Shown here: in pieces, positions 55,324 to 64,000 of the stretch
Numbering within the stretch: the first letter of the stretch is position 1
Layout: each line of letters starts with the position of its first letter
Origin: a bacterium
GTDB taxonomy: Bacteria > Margulisbacteria > Marinamargulisbacteria > JAHFDA01
DNA: 64,000 nucleotides
Direction of reading: 5' to 3'
Assembly (NCBI GenBank): GCA_023249225.1
Contig: JAHFDA010000007.1
Span: forward strand, 1,169-65,168
The notes under the pieces: model-generated
Told to the model about the DNA's origin: nothing
Seen by the model: only the letters and a program-made list of their open reading frames with translations
Databases searched by the model: none
Translations under genes and position numbers: made by a program

Positions 55324-56757
55324 TTATTTCTTCCCCAGGTGCGCAAACATGGCTTTTTTGTACGCTTCCACCCCAGGCTGGTCAAAAGGATTCACGCCCA
55401 GTAAGTAAGCACTGATCGCCACCGCGTATTCGAAAAAGTAAAAAACTTGACCAAGAGTATAAGGGTTGATATGCGGAATGCGCACCGTCAGGTTAGGCAC
55501 ACCACCGGCGCTATGCGCTTCGGCAGTGCCGCGAAAGGCCTGTTCATTGACCCAGTGCAGGGGCTGTCCCTGCAGGTAATTTAGGCCATCGGGGTCTTGG
55601 GGCAGGGCCGGAACCGGCAGCTTGTTGTGGCTTTTTTCTACCCATAGGAACGTTTCAAATAACTGGCGGCGACCATCCTGGATGTATTGGCCCAGGCTAT
55701 GTAAATCGGTGGTAAAGCAGACGCTGGCCGGAAAGAGGCCCTTGCCGTCCTTGCCCTCTGACTCTCCAAAGAGCTGCTTCCACCATTCGGCCACGTTGCG
55801 CAGCGCATTTTGAAAGTGCGCCAGCACTTCGATGCTGTAACCGCGTTGGGCCAGCAAATAACGGATGGCGGCATATTGCAGGGCCGGGTTTTCCATCAGG
55901 GGTTTTTGGCGGCAACGGGTTTCCATGTCTGCGGCGCCAGCCATGATTTCGGCAATGTCGATGCCGGCCATGGCAATCGGAAACAAGCCCACGGGCGTGA
56001 GCAGCGAAAAACGGCCGCCGACATTGTCTGGAATGACAAAGGTCGGAAAACCGTAGGTCTTGGCTAATTTCTTTAACACGCCCTGTCGGGCATCGGTGGT
56101 GGCCACCACGCAGTGGCGCATGTCCTGACCCGCTTGGGAAAACAAGTCCATAAAATAACGAAAAGCCAGTGCTGTTTCGGTGGTGGTGCCCGATTTGCTA
56201 ATCACGTTGAGTCCCACCCGGCGTCCATCGCACATGTCGAGCAAGCTGCGAAACTCGTCGGCGTCTAAATGCTGTCCGCAAAAATAAATTTCGGGGCGTC
56301 CGGCGCGGGCTTCGGCGCCCAGCTGGTTGTAATACGGCGGCAGAATGGCGTCGAGTGTTGCTTTGGCTCCTAAATAACTGCCGCCAATGCCGCAACCTAC
56401 AAAGACATCCACGTTGGCGGCCATGCGGTCAGCCGCACGCTTGATGGTTTTAAGCAGTGTGGGACTGGTTTTTGAAGGCAAGTCTAGCCAACCTAAAAAG
56501 TCGCTGCCTGCGCCGCTGCGGGTTTCTAAAAGCGTTTGGGCGTGCAAGGCCTGGGGTTCGATCTGGCGCAGCTCACGTTCTGATATAAACGGAAGGATAT
56601 TGGCAAGGTCAAGTTGCAGCTGGTTGTCCTGGCGGTATGCGCGGGTTTTAAACGGATGCCGTTTTTCGTGCGCACGCTTTAAATGCCTGATGTGCAGGGT
56701 GTTGGGATCTAAATTTTTCAGACGTAACGGTTTAACAGCGGTAAGTTTTTGTTTCAT
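55324..56757 (-). CDS. pgi: glucose-6-phosphate isomerase
   Basis: PGI-family blocks ...GIGGSYLGAKA..., DQPGVEAYKKAMF. Start at ATG (complement of 56755-56757), MKQKLTAV.... Confidence 0.8.
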   Translation of the reverse strand: MKQKLTAVKPLRLKNLDPNTLHIRHLKRAHEKRHPFKTRAYRQDNQLQLDLANILPFISERELRQIEPQALHAQTLLETRSGAGSDFLGWLDLPSKTSPTLLKTIKRAADRMAANVDVFVGCGIGGSYLGAKATLDAILPPYYNQLGAEARAGRPEIYFCGQHLDADEFRSLLDMCDGRRVGLNVISKSGTTTETALAFRYFMDLFSQAGQDMRHCVVATTDARQGVLKKLAKTYGFPTFVIPDNVGGRFSLLTPVGLFPIAMAGIDIAEIMAGAADMETRCRQKPLMENPALQYAAIRYLLAQRGYSIEVLAHFQNALRNVAEWWKQLFGESEGKDGKGLFPASVCFTTDLHSLGQYIQDGRRQLFETFLWVEKSHNKLPVPALPQDPDGLNYLQGQPLHWVNEQAFRGTAEAHSAGGVPNLTVRIPHINPYTLGQVFYFFEYAVAISAYLLGVNPFDQPGVEAYKKAMFAHLGKK

Positions 56758-56871
56758 CGTTCTTCCTTGCTTCAATTGAGAAGATCTTTTCACGAAACCC
56801 ATAAACTTCCTTTCTACTGATTCTTCGTATACCAGCAAACCTTGATTTCAGACGATTTGGCAGTCCTATTT

Positions 56872-57138
56872 ACCACCTTCGGTGGTCGGTGTGAGCTGCC
56901 TTTGGCAGAGTCACACATGTGGTCGGCGTGAACTGCCTTAGGCAGAGTCACCGATGTAGTCGCTAACGCTCCATCTTACTGACCACCTTCGGTGGTCGGC
57001 GTGAGCTGCCTTAGGCAGAGTCACCGATGTAGTCGCTAACGCTCCATCTTACTGACCACCTTCGGTGGTCGGCGTGAGCTGCCTTAGGCAGAGTCACCGA
57101 TGTAGTCGCTAACGCTCCATCTTACTGACCACCTTCGG
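56872..57138. repeat. tandem array (~3.5 copies) of a 73-bp unit, each ending with the last 12 nt of tRNA-Pro
   Basis: The unit ACCACCTTCGGTGGTCGGCGTGAGCTGCCTTAGGCAGAGTCACCGATGTAGTCGCTAACGCTCCATCTTACTG is repeated at 56982, 57055 and 57128 (partial). A degenerate, internally duplicated copy lies at 56872-56981. TGGTCGGCGTGA is the reverse complement of the tRNA 3' end TCACGCCGACCA. Confidence 0.8.
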
Positions 57139-57215
57139 TGGTCGGCGTGACTGGATTTGAACCAGCGACCCCTGCGTCCCGAACGCAGTGCGCTACCAGG
57201 CTGCGCTACACGCCG
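57139..57215 (-). tRNA. tRNA-Pro (anticodon CGG)
   Basis: The reverse complement CGGCGTGTAGCGCAGCCTGGTAGCGCACTGCGTTCGGGACGCAGGGGTCGCTGGTTCAAATCCAGTCACGCCGACCA folds as a cloverleaf. Anticodon loop TTCGGGA; CCA encoded. Confidence 0.85.
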
Positions 57216-57272
57216 TGAGTAAGAATTATACGTTGGGATTACCAAAAAAGTCCTGTTAGAATCATCTGGCCC

Positions 57273-60056
57273 ATGAATCCATTAAAACTTCCACGGATGG
57301 TTTGGTTCGGTTTAGGGTTTTTTCTTTTGTACAGTTTCACTCGGGCCCTGTTGCGGCTGTATCCCGATTACCTGTGGTTTGACCAGCTGGGCTATGCCAG
57401 TGTGTTTATCAAGCGGTTTGGCGTCCAGTTGGCGCTGGGTTTGGCGGCCTTTGTGGTGTTTATGGCCTGGGCGTTTTTAAATTTGTGGTGGGCACGCCGC
57501 AATGTGGGCGAACGTAGTCCCGTCAGTGCGGGTTACCAGCGCTTTAAAGAATTTGAAAATGTCATTGAACTTGAAGAATTCCGCAGCAATGCCAACAAAC
57601 TTTGGCCTTGGATCTTTAAGGGGATGGTTTGGCTGGCATTGGCGGTGGCCTTCTTTTTTGCCTTGGGTGTCATGCAGTCCTGGCAGGATGTGCTCATGGC
57701 CCGGCATGCCAAAGCGTTTGGCATGGCTGATCCGGTTTTTCATAAGGATATTGGTTTTTATGTATTTCTTTGGCCAGTGTTGCGACGCCTGATTACCTAT
57801 GCGCAGGTTGCGGTAACCCTGGTTACCTTGGGGGTGGTATTTCTTTATATCACCATGGGCTTGTTTAACGCAGCGGCGCTGTTTACAAAACGCCCCAGTC
57901 GACCGGCAGCGGGCCCCATTGGAAAAGGCGTGGCCTGGCATCTGGCTACTTTGGTGGCGGTTTTTTTGCTTTTATGCGCCGCACAGACTTATTTGGGGCT
58001 TTTTGACATTTTGTTTTCTGTTCGTGGCGCAGTTTTTGGCGCTGCTTACGCCGATGTCCACGCTGATTTGATGGGTGGACGGGTGGTCATCGTGCTGCTT
58101 GTGGCAGCGGCCGTGGTAGCCCTGGTGTCGGCATGGACACGCCGTTTTACGTTGCTAGGCATGGCGCTTTTGGCGGTGTTGGCGGCCTGGATTGTCTTGC
58201 GCGGCGTTTACCCAGGCATGGTGCAGCAGTATGTGGTTAAGCCGGACGAGTTTAACAAAGAAAAAGAATACCTGATTCAAAACATCAAGCACACGCTTTA
58301 TGCCTATGGTTTGTCAAACGTGGTGGTGGCCGACTTTCCGGCGCAAGATAATTTGGATGCTGCTGCGCTGGCCCGGAACCAGGTGACCATCGAAAATATC
58401 CGCCTATGGGATAGTGGACCACTTCAAAAAACTTTTAAGCAACTTCAGGAGATCCGCCTGTACTACGATTTTATGGATGTCGATGTGGATCGTTATCAAA
58501 TTGGAAACCGCCTTCAACAAGTCATGTTGTCGGCCCGTGAGTTTAACCCGACCAACCTTTCGGACAAAGCCAAAACCTGGGTGAACCTGCACCTTACGTA
58601 TACGCACGGTTTTGGGGCGGTGGTGAGTCCGGTCAACCGGGTCAACCGCGAGGGTCTGCCCGAGTTTTATGTTAAAAACATTCCGCCCGAAACCGGGGTG
58701 GAGGAGTTCAAGTTAGAACGGCCTGAAATCTACTATGGCGAGGCACCATCGACCTATGCCTTTGTGAATGCCGCTGAAGATGAGTTTGACTATCCCATGG
58801 GCGATCAAAATCAGTACAGCCGTTATCATGGCCAGGGCGGGGTCAAGCTCGGAAATCTGTGGCAGCGCATCCTGCTGGCCTATGTGTTTGGCGATTTTAA
58901 AATTCTGATCAGTCCCTCGTTGCATGCCGAATCGCGCATTCTCTGGCGCCGCAACGTGCTTGAACGGGTACGGACGCTGGCCCCCTTTCTGCGCTGGGAA
59001 AACGACGCCTATCTGGTGATACACGGCGGCCGGCTGTGGTGGATACTGGATGGCTATACCATGTCATCTCATTTTCCATACAGCGAAAAGGTGGGGGAGG
59101 GCATCAACTATATTCGCAATCCGGTCAAAGCGGTGGTAGACGCATATGAGGGCAGTGTCGACTTTTATCTGCTCGATGATAAAGATCCGCTGGCACAGGC
59201 GGTTGACAGCGCTTATCCGGGCCTGCTTAAACCTTTTTCAGAGATGCCCGCCGGTTTACGTGCGCATGTGCGTTACCCGGTGGGTTTGTACAATATTCAA
59301 ACGTATATCTACGCCACATACCACATGCAGGATCCGCAGGTTTTTTATAACCGCGAGGACGTATGGGCGCTTCCGACCAAGGCCACATCATCCACCGACG
59401 AGGGGACATCGCAGCCTTTTTACGTCAACATGCGTCTGCCCGGAGAACAAAAAGACAGTTTTATTTTGCTGCGACCATTTACGCCGACCAACAAAAGCAA
59501 CATGATTGCGTGGATGGCGGCCCAGTGCAATCTTGAGGATTACGGACGTCTGCTGGTGTACAACTTTCCAAAACAAAAACAGGTGTTTGGCCCAGCCCAA
59601 ATTGAGGCCCGCATCAACCAGGATGCCTATATTTCACAGCAGTTGACCTTGTGGGATCAGGCTGGCAGCAATGTGATCCGTGGTGAACTGCTGGTGATTC
59701 CCATTGAAACATCGTTGCTGTATGTCGAACCCATTTACCTGCAGGCGACATCGGGACAACTGCCAGAGCTCAAGCGGGTAATCGTCGGCTACCAAAACAA
59801 CGTGGTGATGCGCGAAAAATTAAGCGAGGCGCTTAACGATATTTTTGCCTATCGGGTGTCTGACCAGGTCGAAACCGAAAAGTCCGCAGGGGCACCCGGA
59901 CGTGTGCCCCTGCGCACATCATCTGCACAGGCCGCCGATGCCTGGAGCCTGTACCAAAAGGCGCGTCAGGCCTTGCGGCAAGAAGATTTTGTGGCCTACG
60001 GCAAGGCCATGGAAGAACTAGGAAAAATTTTGCAGCAGATTAAAACGGGGAGATAA
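57273..60056 (+). CDS. UPF0182 family large membrane protein
   Basis: 927 aa. N-terminal ~330 aa carry 7 TM segments beginning MNPLKLPRMVWFGLGFFLLYSFTRALLRLYPDYLWFDQLGY. Large C-terminal soluble region. This architecture is typical of UPF0182. Confidence 0.75.
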   Translation: MNPLKLPRMVWFGLGFFLLYSFTRALLRLYPDYLWFDQLGYASVFIKRFGVQLALGLAAFVVFMAWAFLNLWWARRNVGERSPVSAGYQRFKEFENVIELEEFRSNANKLWPWIFKGMVWLALAVAFFFALGVMQSWQDVLMARHAKAFGMADPVFHKDIGFYVFLWPVLRRLITYAQVAVTLVTLGVVFLYITMGLFNAAALFTKRPSRPAAGPIGKGVAWHLATLVAVFLLLCAAQTYLGLFDILFSVRGAVFGAAYADVHADLMGGRVVIVLLVAAAVVALVSAWTRRFTLLGMALLAVLAAWIVLRGVYPGMVQQYVVKPDEFNKEKEYLIQNIKHTLYAYGLSNVVVADFPAQDNLDAAALARNQVTIENIRLWDSGPLQKTFKQLQEIRLYYDFMDVDVDRYQIGNRLQQVMLSAREFNPTNLSDKAKTWVNLHLTYTHGFGAVVSPVNRVNREGLPEFYVKNIPPETGVEEFKLERPEIYYGEAPSTYAFVNAAEDEFDYPMGDQNQYSRYHGQGGVKLGNLWQRILLAYVFGDFKILISPSLHAESRILWRRNVLERVRTLAPFLRWENDAYLVIHGGRLWWILDGYTMSSHFPYSEKVGEGINYIRNPVKAVVDAYEGSVDFYLLDDKDPLAQAVDSAYPGLLKPFSEMPAGLRAHVRYPVGLYNIQTYIYATYHMQDPQVFYNREDVWALPTKATSSTDEGTSQPFYVNMRLPGEQKDSFILLRPFTPTNKSNMIAWMAAQCNLEDYGRLLVYNFPKQKQVFGPAQIEARINQDAYISQQLTLWDQAGSNVIRGELLVIPIETSLLYVEPIYLQATSGQLPELKRVIVGYQNNVVMREKLSEALNDIFAYRVSDQVETEKSAGAPGRVPLRTSSAQAADAWSLYQKARQALRQEDFVAYGKAMEELGKILQQIKTGR

Positions 60057-60079
60057 CGAGTGTAGTGCGTCTAACACTT

Positions 60080-60220
60080 CTTTACATATCATGTCATTCC
60101 CGCCCCCGATCACAGTCGAGGGCAGGCTCCAGCGGGAATCCCAGACATAGTAGTTCTTACCAAGGAGATCCCCGCTTTCGCGGGGATGACAGTGTGGGCA
60201 AACAAATGCAAAGAGACTTA
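60080..60220. repeat. MITE-like palindromic repeat, copy C (composite; coordinates approximate)
   Basis: GTCATTCCCGC[29-nt insert]GCGGGAATCCC, then AGTTCTTACCAAGG and the perfect hairpin GATCCCCGCTTTCGCGGGGATGAC, then AAAGAGACTT. These are homologous to the units and flanks of copies A and B. Confidence 0.5.
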
Positions 60221-60595
60221 TGAGGATGTTCTTTCCAGAATCTGCGCTACTTTTTGGATGAGTTCCTCCGGTTCAAACGGTTTATGAATGGTGTATACCG
60301 CGTTGGTGTTGGTGGCAATATTTCCGGCCATCTGGGCCGTGGCGGTGACAAGAATAATGGGAATGTGCTGGGTGTCTGGGTCGCTCTTAAGCAGGGTGGT
60401 GGCCATGTGTCCGTTCATTTCGGGCATCAGTACATCCATTAATATCAGGTGTGGCCGATGGCGTTTGGCCATGGCCACGCCTTCTTCGCCATTGCGGGCC
60501 ACGAGTACCTGATAATCTTCCATGCCGAGCAACAGCTCCATCACACTGACGATCGACGGGTCGTCGTCTACGACTAAAATAGTTTGTCCGGTCAT
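60218..60595 (-). CDS. single-domain response regulator (CheY-like receiver)
   Basis: MTGQTILVVDDDPSIVSVMELLLGMEDYQVLVARNGEEGVAMAKRHRPHLILMDVLMPEMNG. Start placed at Met14 of the track ORF (60218-60634). Confidence 0.7.
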   Translation of the reverse strand: MTGQTILVVDDDPSIVSVMELLLGMEDYQVLVARNGEEGVAMAKRHRPHLILMDVLMPEMNGHMATTLLKSDPDTQHIPIILVTATAQMAGNIATNTNAVYTIHKPFEPEELIQKVAQILERTSS

Positions 60596-60667
60596 ACCTT
60601 GGCCTGCCACTGATTTTCCCAGGTCGAAACTCAATTAAACCATGCTTTTACAGGGTACAATAGCCCC

Positions 60668-61969
60668 GTGGCCAAACAAGCTGCCTCCACCGCCAAACAG
60701 GTTGAACGCGCGTTGATGTTTGGCGTCGATAGCGGCACAAACGAATTTGGTTTTAGCGCGCGTGAATCCATCCAGGAACTGTGTGATCTGGCAGCCACGG
60801 CAGGTCTGCAAGTCTGCGGCACGGATCTTCAGAAGCTGGACCAGCCTAAAACCGGCACCTACTTTGGTGCGGGCAAGGTGGCTGAATGGGCTGCGATGAT
60901 TCAAGGCTGCCGTGCCAATGTGGTGGTGGTGGACGATGAACTGCGCCCGGCCCAGCAGCGTTACCTTGAAGAATCATGGAATCTTAAAGTGATCGACCGG
61001 ACTATGTTGATTTTGGATATTTTTGCGCGGCGCGCACGCACCAGCGAAGCCAAACTACAAATTGAAATGGCGCAATTGGAGTATCTGTTTCCGCGCCTGA
61101 CGCGTATGTGGCAGCACTTTGGTCAGCAAAGCGGCGGTATTGGTGTGCGTGGTCCGGGCGAAACCCAGCTTGAGGTCGATCGGCGCCGAAACCGATTGCG
61201 CGTGGCGCAGTTAAAAAAACAACTGCAAAAAGTGCGTGGCAGCCGTGAGCTTTACCGCAACCGGCGCCAGGCCGTGCCCGTGCCGGTGGTAAGTCTGGTG
61301 GGTTATACCAATGCAGGCAAGTCCACCCTGTTTAATGCGCTGACCCAGGCTGCTGTGTTGGCTGAAGACAAACTTTTTGCCACGCTTGATCCCACCACGC
61401 GGCACATACGACTGGCCAACGGCCAAAAGATCTTGCTGACGGATACGGTCGGATTCATTCAAAAACTGCCGCATTCGCTCATCAGTGGTTTTCATGCCAC
61501 GCTCGAAGAAGTGACCCAGGCTGACCTGCTGGTGCACGTGGTGGATGCCTCGCATCCCAAGGCGCCTGACATGGTGCAGACGGTGTTAAAGGTGCTTGAA
61601 GACATTCACGCCATTGGGTTGCCCATGGTGCTGGTGGCCAACAAGGCCGACTGTGGCTTTCCGTATGCCTGGCAGGCTTTTATCAAAAAGCTGCGCATAC
61701 CTGTTTGCGCGGTTTCAGCGCTTAAAGCCAGCGGTCTCGAGCGTTTGGGCGCTACGTTGGCCGAGCAACTGCGGGCCTTTCGGGTACACGGCGTATTTTG
61801 CGTTCCGGCAGACGAAGGCGCCACCTTGGCCGAGCTTCAGTCGTGCGGTTCCTTAAAAATCACCCGCAGCGACGAGACGGGTGTGTGGCTCGAAGGATGG
61901 GTGGATAAAAAGGTGGCCAGTAAGTATCGGCGTTGGGAGATTGTGGCCATTCCCACGTCGTCGTCGTAG
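60668..61969 (+). CDS. hflX: GTPase HflX
   Basis: HflX N-terminal domain, then G-domain with LVGYTNAGKSTLFNALT (G1) and DTVGF (G3). About 430 aa. Confidence 0.85.
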   Translation: MAKQAASTAKQVERALMFGVDSGTNEFGFSARESIQELCDLAATAGLQVCGTDLQKLDQPKTGTYFGAGKVAEWAAMIQGCRANVVVVDDELRPAQQRYLEESWNLKVIDRTMLILDIFARRARTSEAKLQIEMAQLEYLFPRLTRMWQHFGQQSGGIGVRGPGETQLEVDRRRNRLRVAQLKKQLQKVRGSRELYRNRRQAVPVPVVSLVGYTNAGKSTLFNALTQAAVLAEDKLFATLDPTTRHIRLANGQKILLTDTVGFIQKLPHSLISGFHATLEEVTQADLLVHVVDASHPKAPDMVQTVLKVLEDIHAIGLPMVLVANKADCGFPYAWQAFIKKLRIPVCAVSALKASGLERLGATLAEQLRAFRVHGVFCVPADEGATLAELQSCGSLKITRSDETGVWLEGWVDKKVASKYRRWEIVAIPTSSS

Positions 61970-62010
61970 GGGCACGGCGCGCCGTGCCCCTACGACGACG
62001 GCATTGTTTT
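61957..62010 (+). terminator. rho-independent terminator between convergent hflX and the GH94-like gene
   Basis: ~20-bp perfect palindrome CGTCGTCGTAGGGGCACGGC / GCCGTGCCCCTACGACGACG followed by GCATTGTTTTT. Confidence 0.6.
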
Positions 62011-64000
62011 TCCCAGGGTCACCACCACCTGATGCCTGCCTCCATCGCCCACAAACGGAATAAACGGTTTATCCAGGATCTGTCCGTCAAGGGTAACCCG
62101 GTGAACACCACAGGTGACACCATGGGGATTATTGATTTCGATTTCATAAATATCGTTGCGAAAAGGTCGTATCAGGCGGCATTGTTTCCAAGCACAGGGC
62201 AGCACCGGGTGCACATGCAGTCCGTGCAGTTCGGGATGGATGCCAAGCATCCACTGGCTGATCAGCCACAGGGTTGCCCCGGCGCTGGCGGTCATCCAGC
62301 TAAAGCAGCCCATCCCGGTGTTGTACGGATGATCCGGTCCCACCAAAAACTGGGCCATCACATAAGGTTCGCTTTTGTAACGGTCATAATCGGCTTGTGT
62401 ATTAGGCAGGCTTTTTTGAAGCACCTGGTAGGCACTGTCGCCGCGATCCAGTTTAAAATTGGCGGCCAGCATAAAAATTTGCGCGTGAGTCATGATGCCA
62501 GCATTGTCTTTGACGCCCGGGCTAAACTTGGCAATGCGGCCGATGGTGGCGTCAAACAAAGTATAGGCCGGATAAAACAAGGTATAACCTTTTTCAACCT
62601 CCAGGTATTGGTCCACGTTCTTGAGCAGCGCAGCAATACGGTCATTGGGCACAATGTCTGATAGTACCGCCCAACTTTGCGTGTTCAGGTACAGCTTGCC
62701 TTCGGAGTTTTGAGCCGAGCCGATCGGCTGGCCTTCGTCGGTGTAGCCGCGCAGATACCATTCGCCGTCCCAACCGTGGCGGTTGATGCGTTCTGAAAGC
62801 CCATGAATCCACTGGGCGTAAGTTTCTACAATGTCTTCTTCGCCCAAAGCCTGCGCCAGTTCCATGGCAAAACGCAGGGCCCATACCAGGGCCATACTCA
62901 ACCACACCGATTCGCCCACGTGTTCGTCGCCTGCAAAATCCAGTGACTCATTCCAGTCGCCCATGCCCATGCGCGACAGGCCGTGTACCGAACTGTCGTG
63001 GTAAGAACAGTGCAATTGGGCTTTGATTTTTTCCCATAGGGTGCCATGGCCTTCGCTGCTGGCGTCTTGTTTCCAGTTGGGATCCTGTATGGTGCCAGCC
63101 TCACGCCAGGCATCTTTGAGCCAGGTGCTTTTTTCGTTTAAGAATTCTAAATCGCCGGTTTCCATGATGTACGCATGCATGGCGCTGACAAACCACACGG
63201 CATGGTCCTTGGTGGGCTGGGTGCCAAAAGGCCCGAAGAGATCCGACCAGCCCGGTGCGCAGGAACCATCGCGGCGGATCAGGGTGCTGATATGTTTTAA
63301 GCGTTTGCGCGCGGCGGTCGCATCCAGCAGCAGCATGGCTTCGGCATCATGGCAGGCATCGCGATAGCCGTGACCTGACAGGCCATCAAAATACAGGCTG
63401 GCGCTGCGGCTCCAAAAATGGTTGACCCAGGCCTGGTACTTAAACCATACATTGTACAGTTGATCCAGGTCTCCGTCTGGCGTGCTGATGCGCAAGGGCT
63501 GACCAATCACCCGTTGTTTCCACAAGGCCTGGGTCTGCTTAAGGGCTTTTTCGGCTGTGCTGACATCTTTGTAACGCCGCAGCAAGACTTCGGCCTCGGC
63601 CAGCGTTTGGGTTTGTCCCAGCACAAAGACGATGGTCTTGCGCTCGCCGCTTTTTAAGAAAAAATTATTTTGCAGCACGCCCACGGCTTCCTCGCCGTTG
63701 AGAAACGAGTTATAGCACTGGCCGTGTTCCAAAATGGCTTCGGGGCTGGCGACATTGTTAAAACGTCCCAGAAAGCGGGCCTTGTGGCAGTCAAAACCGT
63801 CTACCCGCGCCGAGCTTCCAAACAAACAGTAAAAACTAAACGGCGTTAAACGTTGTTTTTCAAAGTGCGAGGTTTTGCAGGCCACAATACCGCCGGTTTT
63901 TTCGTCATATTGGGCGCGGTTCCACATGACAGCTTCGTGGTGTATTAAGGTGTCGTCGACCGACCCCATAAACCATTCGGCATAGCCAAAAACCGAAAGG
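61990..64000 (-). CDS. GH94-like glycoside phosphorylase (cellobiose/chitobiose phosphorylase family), 3' portion (gene continues beyond window end)
   Basis: (alpha/alpha)6-barrel-type sequence with the GH94 GMGDWNESL catalytic-acid block. The frame stays open upstream of the first in-window Met (63969). Confidence 0.6.
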   Translation of the reverse strand, partial: LSVFGYAEWFMGSVDDTLIHHEAVMWNRAQYDEKTGGIVACKTSHFEKQRLTPFSFYCLFGSSARVDGFDCHKARFLGRFNNVASPEAILEHGQCYNSFLNGEEAVGVLQNNFFLKSGERKTIVFVLGQTQTLAEAEVLLRRYKDVSTAEKALKQTQALWKQRVIGQPLRISTPDGDLDQLYNVWFKYQAWVNHFWSRSASLYFDGLSGHGYRDACHDAEAMLLLDATAARKRLKHISTLIRRDGSCAPGWSDLFGPFGTQPTKDHAVWFVSAMHAYIMETGDLEFLNEKSTWLKDAWREAGTIQDPNWKQDASSEGHGTLWEKIKAQLHCSYHDSSVHGLSRMGMGDWNESLDFAGDEHVGESVWLSMALVWALRFAMELAQALGEEDIVETYAQWIHGLSERINRHGWDGEWYLRGYTDEGQPIGSAQNSEGKLYLNTQSWAVLSDIVPNDRIAALLKNVDQYLEVEKGYTLFYPAYTLFDATIGRIAKFSPGVKDNAGIMTHAQIFMLAANFKLDRGDSAYQVLQKSLPNTQADYDRYKSEPYVMAQFLVGPDHPYNTGMGCFSWMTASAGATLWLISQWMLGIHPELHGLHVHPVLPCAWKQCRLIRPFRNDIYEIEINNPHGVTCGVHRVTLDGQILDKPFIPFVGDGGRHQVVVTLGKTMPSS

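Noticed and set aside
56872-57138. Possible CRISPR array
   Set aside because: The repeat units are contiguous with no unique spacers between them. Each unit contains the tRNA-Pro 3' end, and there are no cas genes, so this is a tandem duplication and not a CRISPR.
61881-62063. 60-aa plus-strand ORF
   Set aside because: It runs through the hflX stop and the terminator palindrome. The Arg/Pro-rich translation is an artefact of the GC-rich hairpin.

Overview
This 64-kb window is a GC-rich (roughly 55-58%) chromosomal segment from a Gram-negative (diderm) bacterium; lptC/lptA, ccdA and an outer-membrane-barrel-like gene support that envelope type. The outer parts carry ordinary housekeeping genes: nadA, tig, a moeB/moeZ-type adenylyltransferase with rhodanese domain, a DJ-1/PfpI protein, a YqeY-family protein, pgi, hflX, a UPF0182 membrane protein, a radical-SAM enzyme and a MarR/thioredoxin-like/CcdA thiol-redox cluster. 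There are also tRNA-Gly(GCC) and tRNA-Pro(CGG), and two RelE/ParE-type toxin-antitoxin pairs next to tRNA-Gly. The centre, about 13.7-46 kb, is an unusually large glycosylation island. It holds seven paralogous GT9 (heptosyltransferase-like) genes, each with a Cys4 motif and a ~100-150 aa C-terminal extension. It also holds three ArnT/PMT-like GT-C membrane transferases plus a TMTC-like GT-C/TPR protein, three GT4 and two GT2 genes (one fused to TPR repeats), a CmcI-type methyltransferase, a 2OG-Fe(II) oxygenase and a DUF368 polyprenyl-phosphate-translocase-like gene. Several proteins of unknown family are co-operonic with these, and two ORF6N (KilA-N-like) DNA-binding paralogs head two of the operons. 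The island shows a duplicated 'GT-C <-> TPR-membrane protein -> GT9' module and a conserved ~43-bp repeat flanking the GT-C genes. It also contains an inverted pseudogene fragment and a family of MITE-like palindromic repeats (GTCATCCCGGCGAAAGCCGGGATGAC units with ~20-bp terminal inverted repeats). Other structures are a 7-bp tandem repeat at the lptC start and a 73-bp tandem array seeded by the 3' end of tRNA-Pro. No CRISPR array, integrase or transposase was seen. CDS coordinates come from the ORF track; non-coding coordinates are approximate to within 1-2 nt.
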